From assembly GCA_963705305.1 (NCBI GenBank), contig OY970067.1, positions 2,368,001 through 2,432,000 on the forward strand: a DNA stretch of 64,000 nt, read 5' to 3'. A program made the translations under genes and the position numbers. This DNA comes from an uncultured Methylomirabilota bacterium (GTDB taxonomy: Bacteria > Methylomirabilota > Methylomirabilia > Methylomirabilales > 2-02-FULL-66-22). The stretch's first letter is position 1. Each line of letters starts with the position of its first letter. Shown piece by piece: positions 9,425 to 19,466 of the stretch. Under the pieces are notes generated by a model. It did not search any database. It saw only the letters and a list, made by a program, of their open reading frames with translations, and was not told the DNA's origin.

Positions 9425-10879
9425 TCAGCGGCCTGTTCCGGGCCGTCGGCGGAAGGCCGGACGATTCTCGCCCCCCTGTTGGAAGCGGGCCGCGCCGGCC
9501 GGCCGCTCGGAGCGGTCCGTGATCTGGCGGAGCCAGGCGAGGCCTGCCCCTTGGCGGTCCGACCCGGCGCGGCGAGGTGCCGGCCTCCCCGACAATCCCG
9601 TGGCGACCCTCCGGTTGGCGGCGGGGCGTGCGGCGGTGTCTCCCGGGATGGAACGGGCCGGGCTCGCGGCGACGCGGAAGCGCGCCGCCCGGTTCCGGGC
9701 GCGCATGGCGGCGATGCGGTCGGCCAGGGGGATCTCCAGCCGCTCCGCAGGCCGGTGGGTGTAATCGAAATCGGCCACCTTCAGGCGCGGCAAGGGCTTC
9801 CCGATGTGCCGCTCGATGGCGCGCAGATTTCCCTCCTCGTCCGGCGAGACGAAGGTGTAGGCGTCCCCCGTCGCCTGGACCCGGGCCGTGCGCCCGACGC
9901 GGTGGATGTAGTCCTCCGGCAGGTGGGGGACATCGAAGTTGACCACCAGCGCCAGCGCCTCGACGTCTATGCCCCGGGCGGCGATGTCCGTGGCCACCAG
10001 GACGCGGAAGCGGCCGGTCTTGAATCCCGCCAGCGCCTCGGTCCGCTGCGTCTGGCTGCGGTTCCCGTGGATGCGGGCGCAGCAAACTCCCTGCCGCTCG
10101 AGGAAGTCGGCCAAGCGGTTGGCCCGGTGTTTGGTCCGGGTGAAGGCCAGGACACTCTTGGCCGGTCCCTGCTTGAGCAGCCTGAGCAGCAGGTGCGATT
10201 TCAGCTCGTGCGGCACCGGGTACACGCTATGGGTGATGCCGGCCGCCGGTGCGGATCTCCGCTCGACGTTCAAGGCCACGGGATTGTCCAGAAGATCGTC
10301 CGCCAGCTCCACGATGGGGGCCGGCAGGGTCGCCGAGAACAGGAGCGTGCGGCGCTTGGCAGGCAGATGCTTGAGCACGCGGCGGATATCCGGCAGGAAG
10401 CCCATGTCGAGCATGCGGTCCGCCTCGTCGAGGACGAGATACTCGATGCCGGACAGGCGCGCGTAGGGGTACTGGAAATGATCCAGCAGCCGTCCCGGCG
10501 TGGCGATGATGACATCGACGCCCTTGCGGAACGCCTGCTCCTGGGGCCCCATGGCCACCCCACCGTATACCGCCGCGCAGGTCAGGCGGGTGTGCCGCGC
10601 CAGGCTGCGGAGGTGGTCGGCGATCTGAGCGGCCAGCTCCCGCGTGGGGGCCACGATCAAAGCCCGGGTCACACCCCGCGGCTTCTCCAGCAGGTCGTGG
10701 AGGATGGGCAGGAGGAACGCAGCGGTCTTCCCGCTGCCGGTCACGGCGGTGGCCAGGACGTCCCGGCCCTGCATGAGGGGCGGGATGGCCGCCCGCTGGA
10801 TCGGCGTGGGCTCCTCGAACCCCATGCCCTGGACGGCCTTCAAGAGATCTGCATCGAGTCCGAATTCGGCAAACGACAT
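9425..10879 (-). CDS. DEAD-box ATP-dependent RNA helicase (RhlE-like)
   Basis: Q motif 'GFEEPTPIQ', 'TGSGKT', 'PTRELA', 'DEAD', 'SAT', 'HRVGRTAR'. Confidence 0.95.
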   Translation of the reverse strand: MSFAEFGLDADLLKAVQGMGFEEPTPIQRAAIPPLMQGRDVLATAVTGSGKTAAFLLPILHDLLEKPRGVTRALIVAPTRELAAQIADHLRSLARHTRLTCAAVYGGVAMGPQEQAFRKGVDVIIATPGRLLDHFQYPYARLSGIEYLVLDEADRMLDMGFLPDIRRVLKHLPAKRRTLLFSATLPAPIVELADDLLDNPVALNVERRSAPAAGITHSVYPVPHELKSHLLLRLLKQGPAKSVLAFTRTKHRANRLADFLERQGVCCARIHGNRSQTQRTEALAGFKTGRFRVLVATDIAARGIDVEALALVVNFDVPHLPEDYIHRVGRTARVQATGDAYTFVSPDEEGNLRAIERHIGKPLPRLKVADFDYTHRPAERLEIPLADRIAAMRARNRAARFRVAASPARSIPGDTAARPAANRRVATGLSGRPAPRRAGSDRQGAGLAWLRQITDRSERPAGAARFQQGGENRPAFRRRPGTGR

Positions 10880-11274
10880 GCGTTTTCCCTGTACTTTCCG
10901 CGGACACACGACATCCGCGCAGGGATCGAGTGTGACCGCTGTGGTTTCCGGCTGGATTGTGTGAGAGGGGATAACGGAGGAATCGCCGGAGAGGCCGCCG
11001 TTCAGGCTGTGAGACCTGCCCTATTCAGTCCGTCTTCCGCCGGGGCCTACATGGCTTCGGTCTGCGGGGGAAGAACATAACATCATACCACACTATCCGA
11101 TTCTGTCCAGGAAACTTTAGGAGCCGGATCGGGCGCAGCCGCTTGCGGCGTGCGCTCTCTGCCGCGCACGCCACCCGGCATCCCCTTGAATCCGGCGGTC
11201 CGCCCGCCCGACTGCTGCTATAATGGGCGGTACTGAATTTGTCGAGTGGCATCGAGCCCCGGGAGGAGTCGCGC

Positions 11275-12147
11275 ATGTCCAACGTCGTGGTCGTGAACGT
11301 CTTCGCGGCGGCCGAGGGGGGCGGCAACCCCACGCCGATCGTCCTGGACGCCGCGGGGTACGATGAGGCCGGCATGCTGGCGCTCGCCCGCCGGTACGGC
11401 CTGGAGAGCGCCTTCGTCCTCCCGCCGACCGATCCCGCCGAGGCCGACTTCCGGTTTCGCTTCTTCGTTCCCCGCCAGGAGATGAGCATGTGCGGCCACG
11501 CCACCGTGGGGACGCTCTGGCTGCTTTCGAAGGCCGGGCGACTCGGCGCAGCGCATGCCAGGGTCGAAACGAAGAGCGGCGTGGTGCGGGGCTTCGTGCG
11601 GGCCGCCGGGAAGCCCGGCGAGTACATCGAGATCACCCAGCCGGCGGGCCATCTCGAAGAGATCGGCGAGCCCGAGTCGAGACGGGCCATCCTCGATGTG
11701 CTCGGCCTCACCGAGGCGAAGGTGTCGCCGCTCCCGATCCTCAACGCCACCACCAGCCGGACCAAGACCCTCGTTCCGCTCACGGGCGTGGAGATCCTGG
11801 ATGGGCTCAAGCCTGACTTCGCGCGCATGGAGGGCCTCTGCGGGTCCCTCCAGTCCACCGGCCTCTACCCGTTCGCCGTCCGGTCGCTCGAGCAGCGCGT
11901 GTTCGAGGCCCGGCAGTTCCCCAGGGCCTCCGGGTTCCCGGAGGATGCGGCCACCGGCGTGGCGGCCACGGCCCTGGCCTTCGGCCTGGTCGCCTACGGA
12001 TTGATCCCGTGCGACGGCGAAGGAATCACCGTCCGGCAGGGGCGGGCAATGGGCCGTCCTTCGGAGATTTTCGTGCGCTTCGATCTGCCGCCCGGCGCCT
12101 CCCACCCCGTCGGCTGCTTCCTCGGCGGCCGGGCCATGCTGGCATGA
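11275..12147 (+). CDS. PhzF family isomerase/epimerase
   Basis: 'GGGNPTP', 'EMSMCGHATVG', 'EDAATGVA', 'QGRAMGRPS'. Confidence 0.9.
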   Translation: MSNVVVVNVFAAAEGGGNPTPIVLDAAGYDEAGMLALARRYGLESAFVLPPTDPAEADFRFRFFVPRQEMSMCGHATVGTLWLLSKAGRLGAAHARVETKSGVVRGFVRAAGKPGEYIEITQPAGHLEEIGEPESRRAILDVLGLTEAKVSPLPILNATTSRTKTLVPLTGVEILDGLKPDFARMEGLCGSLQSTGLYPFAVRSLEQRVFEARQFPRASGFPEDAATGVAATALAFGLVAYGLIPCDGEGITVRQGRAMGRPSEIFVRFDLPPGASHPVGCFLGGRAMLA

Positions 12148-12160
12148 GGGTCGCTCGGGC

Positions 12161-13720
12161 TCAGAGCGCCAGCTCGATCAGGAACGGCGCCCGGGCTTCC
12201 AGGGCGCGCCCAATCGCGGCGCACAACGCCCGGAACGTCGGGGTGCGCTCGCCCGTCACGCCGTAGCCGCGGGCCAGCGATACCCAATCGATCGGCGGGC
12301 CGTCGAGGCCGGTGAGTGCCGCGGCGTGGCCGGTGACGGCCACGCCGGCCCGGGTGAGCTCCGTGCGCACGACGCCGTACGTGCGGTTCGCCGCGACGCA
12401 CAGCACCACAGGAAGGCCTTCACGGGCCATGGTCCACAGCGCCTGCGCCGTGTAGAGGGCGGCCCCATCACCGGCCAGGGCCAGCACGGGCTGCCCCGGC
12501 TCTGCGAGCGCCGCCCCCAGGGCCGCGGGCGGCGCAAAGCCGATCGAGCCGCCGGACAGGCAGAGGGCGCGATGGCGCCTGCCTGCCGCCGCCGCGGCAA
12601 AGTATGGGTAGCCGAGCGTCCCGCCTTCCACGACCACCGCCGCGCCCTCGGGGATCCGGGGGATCAGGGCCGCCATCACACCGGCCGGGGTGAGGGGCGC
12701 GTCCGGCGGAGGTGCCGCCGGCGGATCCAGGCGCGCGTCGGGCGCCCCAGCGGCCCCCACCGCGTCCGCCAGCGCCTCCAGCGCTCCCGCGGCATCCTCC
12801 TCCGGCCGGGCCAGCGACAGCGTGGTCCCCGGCCTGGTGATGGTGCTGGGAACTCCGGCGTACCCGAAGAAGGTCACCGGCTCGACCGCGCCGGCGAGCA
12901 CGACCAGATCGTGGGCCGCGACGAGGGCGATGGCGGGCTCCGGGAAGTAGGGGAGGCGCGGGATGGAGGGCAGCCCGCCGCCCCGGTCGCTGGTGGAGGG
13001 AAACGTCTCGCTGACCAGGCGCGCGCCGCACCCGGCGGCCAGCCGCCGCGCCGCCCGCTGCCCGCGCGCCGCCAGAGCGTTCCCGCCGAGAAGGAGCAGC
13101 GGGGCGGTGCTGCGGTGCATCCGGTCTACCGCGATGCCGATGCGGGCTGGATCGGGCGGGGGCGCCGCCCGCAGGGACAGCGGCCCATCGCCTCCCGCCG
13201 GTGCCGGCGCCTGCTGCCAATCCATGGGGAAAATGACCGTCGCCACCTGGCCCGGCGGAACGCGCGCAACCGCAATGGCCTCGCGGATCCTGGCCGAGAC
13301 GGCCGAGGGGGAATCGATCGTTCCTACAAAGGCCGACACGGGCCGGGCCAGTGACGCGATGTCGCTGGTCAACGGGGCGTCGAAGGGGAGGTGCCAGGTG
13401 GCGTGCTCGCCGATCACGTTGACGACGGGGCTCCTGCCTCGCCGCGCATTGTGGAGGTTGGCAATCGCGTTCGCGAACCCCGGGCCGAGGTGGGTGAGGG
13501 TCATGGCCGGCTTGCCGGCCACCCGGCCGTACCCATCCGCGGCGCCGGAGCAGACCCCCTCGAAGAGGCACAGGATCGGTCGAATCGCTCGCTGCCGCTC
13601 GAACGCGGCCACCAGCGGCATCTCGGTCGTTCCGGGGTTGGCGAAACAGAGCTCGATGCCCGCGGCTGCGGCGGTCGCCAGGAGCGCGTCCGCTCCGGTC
13701 AAGCCCGATGGTTCCATCAT
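12161..13720 (-). CDS. thiamine-diphosphate enzyme (acetolactate synthase large subunit-like)
   Basis: 'CFANPGTTEMP', 'AADGYGR', 'HLGPG', TPP motif 'GDGAALY...NRTYG'. Confidence 0.85.
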   Translation of the reverse strand: MMEPSGLTGADALLATAAAAGIELCFANPGTTEMPLVAAFERQRAIRPILCLFEGVCSGAADGYGRVAGKPAMTLTHLGPGFANAIANLHNARRGRSPVVNVIGEHATWHLPFDAPLTSDIASLARPVSAFVGTIDSPSAVSARIREAIAVARVPPGQVATVIFPMDWQQAPAPAGGDGPLSLRAAPPPDPARIGIAVDRMHRSTAPLLLLGGNALAARGQRAARRLAAGCGARLVSETFPSTSDRGGGLPSIPRLPYFPEPAIALVAAHDLVVLAGAVEPVTFFGYAGVPSTITRPGTTLSLARPEEDAAGALEALADAVGAAGAPDARLDPPAAPPPDAPLTPAGVMAALIPRIPEGAAVVVEGGTLGYPYFAAAAAGRRHRALCLSGGSIGFAPPAALGAALAEPGQPVLALAGDGAALYTAQALWTMAREGLPVVLCVAANRTYGVVRTELTRAGVAVTGHAAALTGLDGPPIDWVSLARGYGVTGERTPTFRALCAAIGRALEARAPFLIELAL

Positions 13721-13767
13721 GGAAGCCCCCATATTCAGCCGAACGGACTCCATTCCGAACATATCTC

Positions 13768-13830
13768 ACCGCCAGGACGCCGAGGGAAAATTCGAATTTG
13801 AAAGGGGTGCCCTTGGCGTCATGGCGGTTG
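13768..13830. repeat. REP-like intergenic palindromic repeat
   Basis: accgccaggacgccgagg...cttggcgtcatggcggt inverted arms; the right arm recurs at ~38553-38570. Confidence 0.6.
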
Positions 13831-14246
13831 AACACTTCCTTCGGTTCAAGGTGCGCCCGCCGATGCGAGCGGGCCGGCGGGTCGAAGGCTAGCAGGGAGG
13901 GGGGGCCCGTCAAGACGGGCGCTGCCGCGCGGGCCGCTGCGTGGCGGGAAATTGCGGGCAGGACCGGATGACTCTCCCCGCAGCAAGCCCCGGCTGCCGG
14001 GCTGGAGATCAGGCAACCAATTCGGCGCCCACCCTGGCGCATCCGGGGACCGCCCGGCCTGTGCCTTGGGCGGGGACGCGATGGTCATGCAGTTGAACGG
14101 GGCCCGGACCCTGCGGGTGCTGGGCATCGATCCCCTGACGCCGGCCCACGAAGACAGAGGCTGGTTCCGACCCATCTCGTTGTGCTATAATTATAGGTGT
14201 TGATGCGCAGCTCGTAGAGGGCCGCGACTCCGCGCAGGAGAGATCC

Positions 14247-14552
14247 ATGATCCCAGAACCGCGGTCCGACATCCGGGTGAAAGTCCGCCCCAGTCGACCG
14301 GCGTCGGCGGCACTGGCGGGCGTCGGCCTGCTGTTCCTCCTGGTCGGCTATGCGCTCTTCGGAGCTGCGGAGGGGGAGGATTCGGCGCTCTACCTCCTGG
14401 TCCGGGCGCTCCGGCTGATCTGGCTGGCAGGCTGCCTGACAATCAGCGGCTTCGGCGTCTACTCCCTGGTGTGCAGCCGTCCCACGGCCATCCTCTCCAT
14501 GAAGATCAAGGACGGTCGCACACCCGACGGGCAAAACCCGTCCCCGCACTAG
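14247..14552 (+). CDS. small hypothetical membrane protein (2 TM)
   Basis: AGGAGAG RBS, upstream TGnTATAAT-like -10, two hydrophobic segments. Confidence 0.5.
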   Translation: MIPEPRSDIRVKVRPSRPASAALAGVGLLFLLVGYALFGAAEGEDSALYLLVRALRLIWLAGCLTISGFGVYSLVCSRPTAILSMKIKDGRTPDGQNPSPH

Positions 14553-14812
14553 TCTCCCGAGTTGGAAGTTCGGTGACAAATTCGCCGGCCTACCAGGCCA
14601 CCCCTGCGAGCACCGGACCTCGTCGAGAACCGGCCAGCCTTGCTCCGGCGGCGCCGCCCCGGCCGGGGCGCGTCGCGCCGCGGGGTGCCTGTTCATAGGC
14701 CATTCGGGGCCTGCGAGGCCGCGGCGACCGGACCCGGCTGGCCCGCGGGTCCGGCGCGCTCGGGGTGCCCTGGCAGGCCTTGGATTTGTTCATGGATTTC
14801 TGACCCGGGACA

Positions 14813-15634
14813 CTAGACCCCCTTCTCCTGGGCGGCCTCGAACGCCCGGACTCCCGCCTCGTAGGTCCGGGTGATCTCCTGCATCGATTGCAGACTCTCG
14901 CCGCGTGCGGCCAGAGCGTCGGCATGGGCCAAGCCGGAGGCGATGGCCGGATCGGCCCCCGGGGGCAGGGCCGTGGTCGTCAGGCCCGCCAGCAGCCGCC
15001 GCTCGGCGGCCCGGCTCAGGCCCAGGTACGGCAGCTGATCGTACCAGAGCAGCCGCTCCTCCAGGCTGGTGAAGCGATGCCGCTCGCCCGCCATGCCCGC
15101 GAGGCGGGCCCCCAACTCGCCCGCCCGCTCGAGAGCGGCGCTCCAGTTGAACCGCGTCGCGGGGAGCGGCTCCAGCGCGCGCATCTGCAGCACCTGGAAG
15201 AAGTGGTACAAGGGCCGCAGGCCGGAGACCAGACCGTTTCCGGTGCCGCCGGCGACCCCGATGCCGAAGGCCGGCAAGCCCGCCAGCGGGGCCGAACGGG
15301 CGTACACGCGGAACATCTTGAGGATGAAGTACTTGACCATCCCCGTCGCGTCCCACCAGTAGATCGGGCTGCCCAGGATCAGCGCGCCGCAGCCGAGCAG
15401 CTTGCCGCTCAGATACTCGAAAGCAGGATCCTCGTGCCGGCACCGCTGCGCGGTCATGCACTCCCACGGCAGGCAGTCCTTGCAGGCGTCCACCACGTGA
15501 TCGGCCATCTGGACCAGCTCGACATTGGCGCCGGCTCCTGCCGCACCCTCCAGCGCCGCCGTCATCATCTGAAAGGTCCGTCCCTCTCGATTCGGGCTGC
15601 CCACCAGCCCCAGGATGTGTCCCGCTTTCCTCAC
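14813..15634 (-). CDS. flavodoxin-like / NADPH-dependent FMN reductase family protein
   Basis: 'ILGLVGSPNREGRT', CxxC-xxxC-xxxxxC motif, 'LILGSPIYW'; GGAGG RBS before GTG. Confidence 0.8.
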   Translation of the reverse strand: MRKAGHILGLVGSPNREGRTFQMMTAALEGAAGAGANVELVQMADHVVDACKDCLPWECMTAQRCRHEDPAFEYLSGKLLGCGALILGSPIYWWDATGMVKYFILKMFRVYARSAPLAGLPAFGIGVAGGTGNGLVSGLRPLYHFFQVLQMRALEPLPATRFNWSAALERAGELGARLAGMAGERHRFTSLEERLLWYDQLPYLGLSRAAERRLLAGLTTTALPPGADPAIASGLAHADALAARGESLQSMQEITRTYEAGVRAFEAAQEKGV

Positions 15635-15747
15635 GTCTGATTTCCTCCCGTGTTGTTGCTCTCGGATTTCCTTCGTCCTCTCCCGCCTGTCCAGGGGCGC
15701 CCGGGGGAGCGGACTGCCTCCAATTGAGAGATTCCCCAGGGAATCCC

Positions 15748-16821
15748 CTAGCGAGCAGGCGGGGCCGCGGCGGCGTCCAGTTGCTGCTGGAGGCGACGCT
15801 GGTTCTCCCACTCCTTGCGCTTGGCTTCGAGGTACTCCGATTTATCCAGATCGTGCAGCTGGAGCGGATACCGCTCCATCAACTCGGAGGCCCGAGTAAT
15901 GCGGGCCTCGAACCGGAGCGAGTCCGGGACGGCCTGCGTATCCAGGAGCGCTTCGAAGGCGAGGTAGTAGCGCATGATGTTGCGTTCGACCATCCCGCGC
16001 AGTCCCTGGACGTATTGGGGGGGGCCGCCCGGGCCAGCGTCCGTCCGGGTGAAGCCGACCTTGTCCCGTCCCGCGGTGGCGAGATAGATGGCGGTGGCCA
16101 GCTTGCTGGCGGCGCTCTGCACGTAAGACGTGCGCAGGGCCAGCACGGTCCTTCCCCGGATGCCGGCGGCAACCAGCTCAAGCCGGTGGGCCGTGATCCC
16201 GTACAGGCCGTTGAGCGCGCTGAGGGTGACCGTGAGGATGCCCTCGTCCGTCCTGCGAACCGCGAATTGGTAGGGCTGGGCGAAGGCTTCCGCGGGGCTC
16301 TGGTAGACCTTTCGTCCCAAATACAGGGTGAGCCGCGATTCGTGCCCCTCCCCTTGGTAGGTGCACGCTTTCACGTTCACGTCCAGTGGGAGGAACTCAC
16401 ACCAGCTGAAGGGGGCGGCGAGAGCCCTCGCGACGACATCGAAAGGATGGTTGATGATGGCGTGCATCTTAGCGGTCAACTGATCGTTGTGCTCTTCCGA
16501 CTGGATTTGGATGGGGGCGCCGAAGCGGCTGCGCTGGGCCGGGTCGCGGAGCTCCTGGTACCACCGCTGAAGGCGCGCCACACTGCCTTCAGCGGGTCGG
16601 GCCGTCAGAGGAAGCAAGGCCAGGAGACATACCAGGAAAGCCGACCGGCCCCGAGGTCGCCGGGGCGGCTGCCGGCGACCGCGGCGCGATCGGGGCTCGC
16701 GTGGTGCGATATCCTCGGCGGCGAACCGCGCAGGCGCACGGCCCTTCTGTTCGGCGGCGGTCGGCCCCGAAAGTACCCCGACTCCCTGCGGACCGGCGGC
16801 TTGCCGGTGGCCCGGGATCAT
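15748..16821 (-). CDS. hypothetical exported protein (start uncertain)
   Basis: signal-like 'FLVCLLALLPLTARPA' followed by a globular, coding-like region ('NVKACT', 'GLRGMVERNIMRYYLA', 'RYPLQLH'). Confidence 0.65.
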   Translation of the reverse strand: MIPGHRQAAGPQGVGVLSGPTAAEQKGRAPARFAAEDIAPREPRSRRGRRQPPRRPRGRSAFLVCLLALLPLTARPAEGSVARLQRWYQELRDPAQRSRFGAPIQIQSEEHNDQLTAKMHAIINHPFDVVARALAAPFSWCEFLPLDVNVKACTYQGEGHESRLTLYLGRKVYQSPAEAFAQPYQFAVRRTDEGILTVTLSALNGLYGITAHRLELVAAGIRGRTVLALRTSYVQSAASKLATAIYLATAGRDKVGFTRTDAGPGGPPQYVQGLRGMVERNIMRYYLAFEALLDTQAVPDSLRFEARITRASELMERYPLQLHDLDKSEYLEAKRKEWENQRRLQQQLDAAAAPPAR

Positions 16822-17017
16822 GCAGGACAAAATACCCGCAGCCGGCATCGCGCCCCTCCGAGGCGGTCCCCGGATCTTGCTTCCCGCCGGATCAGACGCT
16901 ATCCCCCGCGAGCGGGGGAAGTCAAGCCAGAAAACCCGGCGCCGGCCCCGCCCGTGTCGAGGCGCGTGGGCGCCGGTGCGGGTCCCCTGCGCCCCCCTCC
17001 TCACCGGCAAACCGTTC

Positions 17018-17046
17018 TTGACAAGCCGCCAACTTAGGCGTACTTT
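17018..17046 (+). promoter_or_regulatory. sigma70-type promoter for the candidate ncRNA
   Basis: TTGACA-17 nt-TACTTT. Confidence 0.65.
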
Positions 17047-17051
17047 TCCGG

Positions 17052-17248
17052 TCCGAGTGGTCAGGCCCCCGGTGTGGAGGCGTGTCGGATGCCTCCCGCA
17101 ACGGGCTGGCCCGGCCATCAACTGCAGTCTCCGAATGTGCACGTCGGGGGGCGAGCGAATTCTCCCCCCATCGAAAATACAAGAGAGCGGGTCCGGTGGG
17201 CGTGTAACGCGGAGGCAGTGGTTGTCGGGGAAGCAGGCCGACCTCGGA
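17052..17248 (+). ncRNA. candidate ~197-nt rod-shaped structured RNA (6S RNA-like, or a cis-regulatory leader)
   Basis: 5' tccga..ggtc.ggcc pairs with 3' ggccgacctcgga; internal stems and an apical gggggg/cccccc hairpin; bracketed by a promoter and a terminator. Confidence 0.55.
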
Positions 17249-17249
17249 G

Positions 17250-17293
17250 CGCCCCTTTGTGCCATGACGATGGCCCATGGGGCGATTTTTTTT
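17250..17293 (+). terminator. intrinsic terminator
   Basis: cgcccc..gccat-gacg-atggc..ggggcg stem followed by a T8 run. Confidence 0.75.
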
Positions 17294-17480
17294 ATCTGCA
17301 GGCTGGAGGCCAAGCCCCCGGTGCATGGGTGGGCGCGGTCGGGGCTTCCGCGCTTGTGCGGGGCGGCCGTCGCGGGAGATGCGACCGGCCCGGTGGGTGC
17401 GGGGGCCTTGGTCGGCGCCGCCCGATGGCGAGGCGGGCGGGGCTGGCGGCAGGGTTGATGCGGTGAGCGAAGCGGAAGCG

Positions 17481-18662
17481 ATGGACGTGCAGGCTCTTCG
17501 ACAGCGGCTCCGGGAGCTCGAGGCGCAGGTCCAGGCGCAGGGGCGCGAGATCCGTGCCCTGGAGCGGATCGAGGGACTGCAGGATCGCCAGCGGGAACTG
17601 GAGGAGGAGATCCACACCCTGCGGGAGCGGGTAGGGGAGCTGCATACCTTCCTGAACCTGAGCCAGGCCCTGTCCGCCACGCTGAACCTGGACGAGCTCT
17701 TCCGGCTGGCCCTCCACCTCATCGGGCGGTCCCTGCACGTCAACGCATATTCGATGATGCTGCTGGACGAGCGACGGGAGCGCCTGGTGGTCCGGGCGGC
17801 GTTCGGCCTCCCCGAGGTCGAGGGCGAGCCGCCCACCCTTCGATTGGGAGAGGGGATCTCCGGACTGGTGGCCCAGACCGGCCAGGCGATGCTGGTGCCG
17901 GACATCCGCAAGGAGCCGCGCTGCCTGGAGCAGCGGTGGTTCCGGCTGCCCTACGGATCCTTCATCTGTGTGCCGCTGCGGATCAAGGGGACTCAGGTGG
18001 TAGGGGTCCTGAATGCCCAGAAGCCGGATCCTCACGGATTCACCGCAAGCGACCTGGACCTGTTTCAGTCCGTGGCCACCACCGTGGCAGTGGCCCTGGA
18101 GAACGCCCAGCTGTTCCAGCGGACGAAGGAGCTGTCCAGCCGCGACGCCCTCACGGGCCTGTTCAATCGACGCCATTTCCAGGAGACATTGGAAAAAGAG
18201 GTGCAGCGCTCGGCCCGCTACCAGCGCGCATTCTCCCTGCTGATGGTGGATCTGGACGACTTCAAGCAGTACAACGACACCCACGGCCATCTCCAGGGGG
18301 ACGAGGTGCTGAAGTCGCTGGCCGCCCTGCTCCAGCGCACGACGCGCCGGGCGGACATCGTGGCGCGCTTCGGCGGGGAGGAGTTCGTTGTCCTGCTGCC
18401 GGAAATCAACAAGGCGCGGGCGGCCGCGGTGGCGGAGAAGATCCGGGCCGCGGTGGCGGAGCATCCCTTCCCCGGCCGGGAGACCCAGCCGGACGGCCGG
18501 ATCACCGTGACGATCGGAGTGGCGAGCTGCCCGGCAGACGCCAGGGACGCCCTGGTGCTGGTCGATCTGGCGGACCGGGCCATGTACTTGGGCAAAGAAC
18601 AGGGGGGAGACCGCGTCGAGGCTTCACCCGAGCCTCCTCCAAACGGAATGGGCGATCCGTAA
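17481..18662 (+). CDS. coiled-coil/GAF/GGDEF diguanylate cyclase
   Basis: GAF 'LRLGEGISGLVA', 'DALTGLFNRR', RxxD I-site 'RRAD' five residues before 'GGEEF'. Confidence 0.95.
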   Translation: MDVQALRQRLRELEAQVQAQGREIRALERIEGLQDRQRELEEEIHTLRERVGELHTFLNLSQALSATLNLDELFRLALHLIGRSLHVNAYSMMLLDERRERLVVRAAFGLPEVEGEPPTLRLGEGISGLVAQTGQAMLVPDIRKEPRCLEQRWFRLPYGSFICVPLRIKGTQVVGVLNAQKPDPHGFTASDLDLFQSVATTVAVALENAQLFQRTKELSSRDALTGLFNRRHFQETLEKEVQRSARYQRAFSLLMVDLDDFKQYNDTHGHLQGDEVLKSLAALLQRTTRRADIVARFGGEEFVVLLPEINKARAAAVAEKIRAAVAEHPFPGRETQPDGRITVTIGVASCPADARDALVLVDLADRAMYLGKEQGGDRVEASPEPPPNGMGDP

Positions 18663-18752
18663 GCGCCCCGGACGGGCCATGGACGGCCCCGCCCAGTTCG
18701 ATTTACGATGGAACACTAGATTCCCGCCAACAGTCTCTCGCAAAGGAGGAGA

Positions 18753-19142
18753 ATGCCAGTGGAAGAGAAGTTGGTGTCCGAACGGCGGCTCGCGCCTCGA
18801 TACCCGGCCGAGCACGAGGCCGAAGGAACATCGCCGAATGGGGGGATCAAGTTCCGGGGGCTCCTCCACGATCTGTCGGCGACCGGATGTCAACTCCTCC
18901 TGGACACACGCCTCCCGCCGGGTGACACCATCGAGCTCCAGTGCGATATCGCCGGAATCGGCGTGTGGCTCCGCGGCGAGGTGGTCTGGAGCAGCCCGAC
19001 CGGTCAGGGGTTCAACCACGGCGTGGTTTTGACCGGGTTCGGCTCGCAGGGGGACTCCCTGTTTTATCGGCTGTATATTCGGCGCATCGCGTCGCGCCAG
19101 ACAGGCTCGCTCGCAAGTTTGGATCGTCCCCGCCCCAATTGA
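18753..19142 (+). CDS. PilZ-domain c-di-GMP receptor
   Basis: RxxxR 'RLAPR' and DxSxxG 'DLSATG'; AGGAGG RBS. Confidence 0.85.
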   Translation: MPVEEKLVSERRLAPRYPAEHEAEGTSPNGGIKFRGLLHDLSATGCQLLLDTRLPPGDTIELQCDIAGIGVWLRGEVVWSSPTGQGFNHGVVLTGFGSQGDSLFYRLYIRRIASRQTGSLASLDRPRPN

Positions 19143-19345
19143 TGGGGAGGGGACCGCGGCGGGACGTGGACCCCTGTCCTCTTCGAGCCGGCCGGGATCC
19201 CCGCCGTCGTCCCCTTTTCTCTCCGCACCCTCCGCACCGTCCGTAGAGCGGACGAGTGCCGGATGGACCGTCAACCCGCCCGGAAGATCCGATCCAGCCG
19301 CTCACGATCCGCCTCCGGCAGGTCCGGAGGCCGCCGGGAAACGCT

Positions 19346-19374
19346 TTGACATTCCATCCTACGCCTCCTAGACT
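19346..19374 (+). promoter_or_regulatory. sigma70-type promoter
   Basis: TTGACA-17 nt-TAGACT upstream of the AAA ATPase operon. Confidence 0.55.
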
Positions 19375-19466
19375 CGACCTGAAGCGGACCCCGGTCCGGC
19401 GGTTTCTGCGAGCGGCCCTCGAGCACCGGCGAGGGCTCTCGGTGTCTTTGGGGAGGGAAAAAGCGC

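Noticed and set aside
17004..17030. c-di-GMP-I riboswitch ('ggcaaacc')
   Set aside because: The downstream GAAA/GACGCAAAGC elements are missing, and it lies upstream of the predicted promoter.
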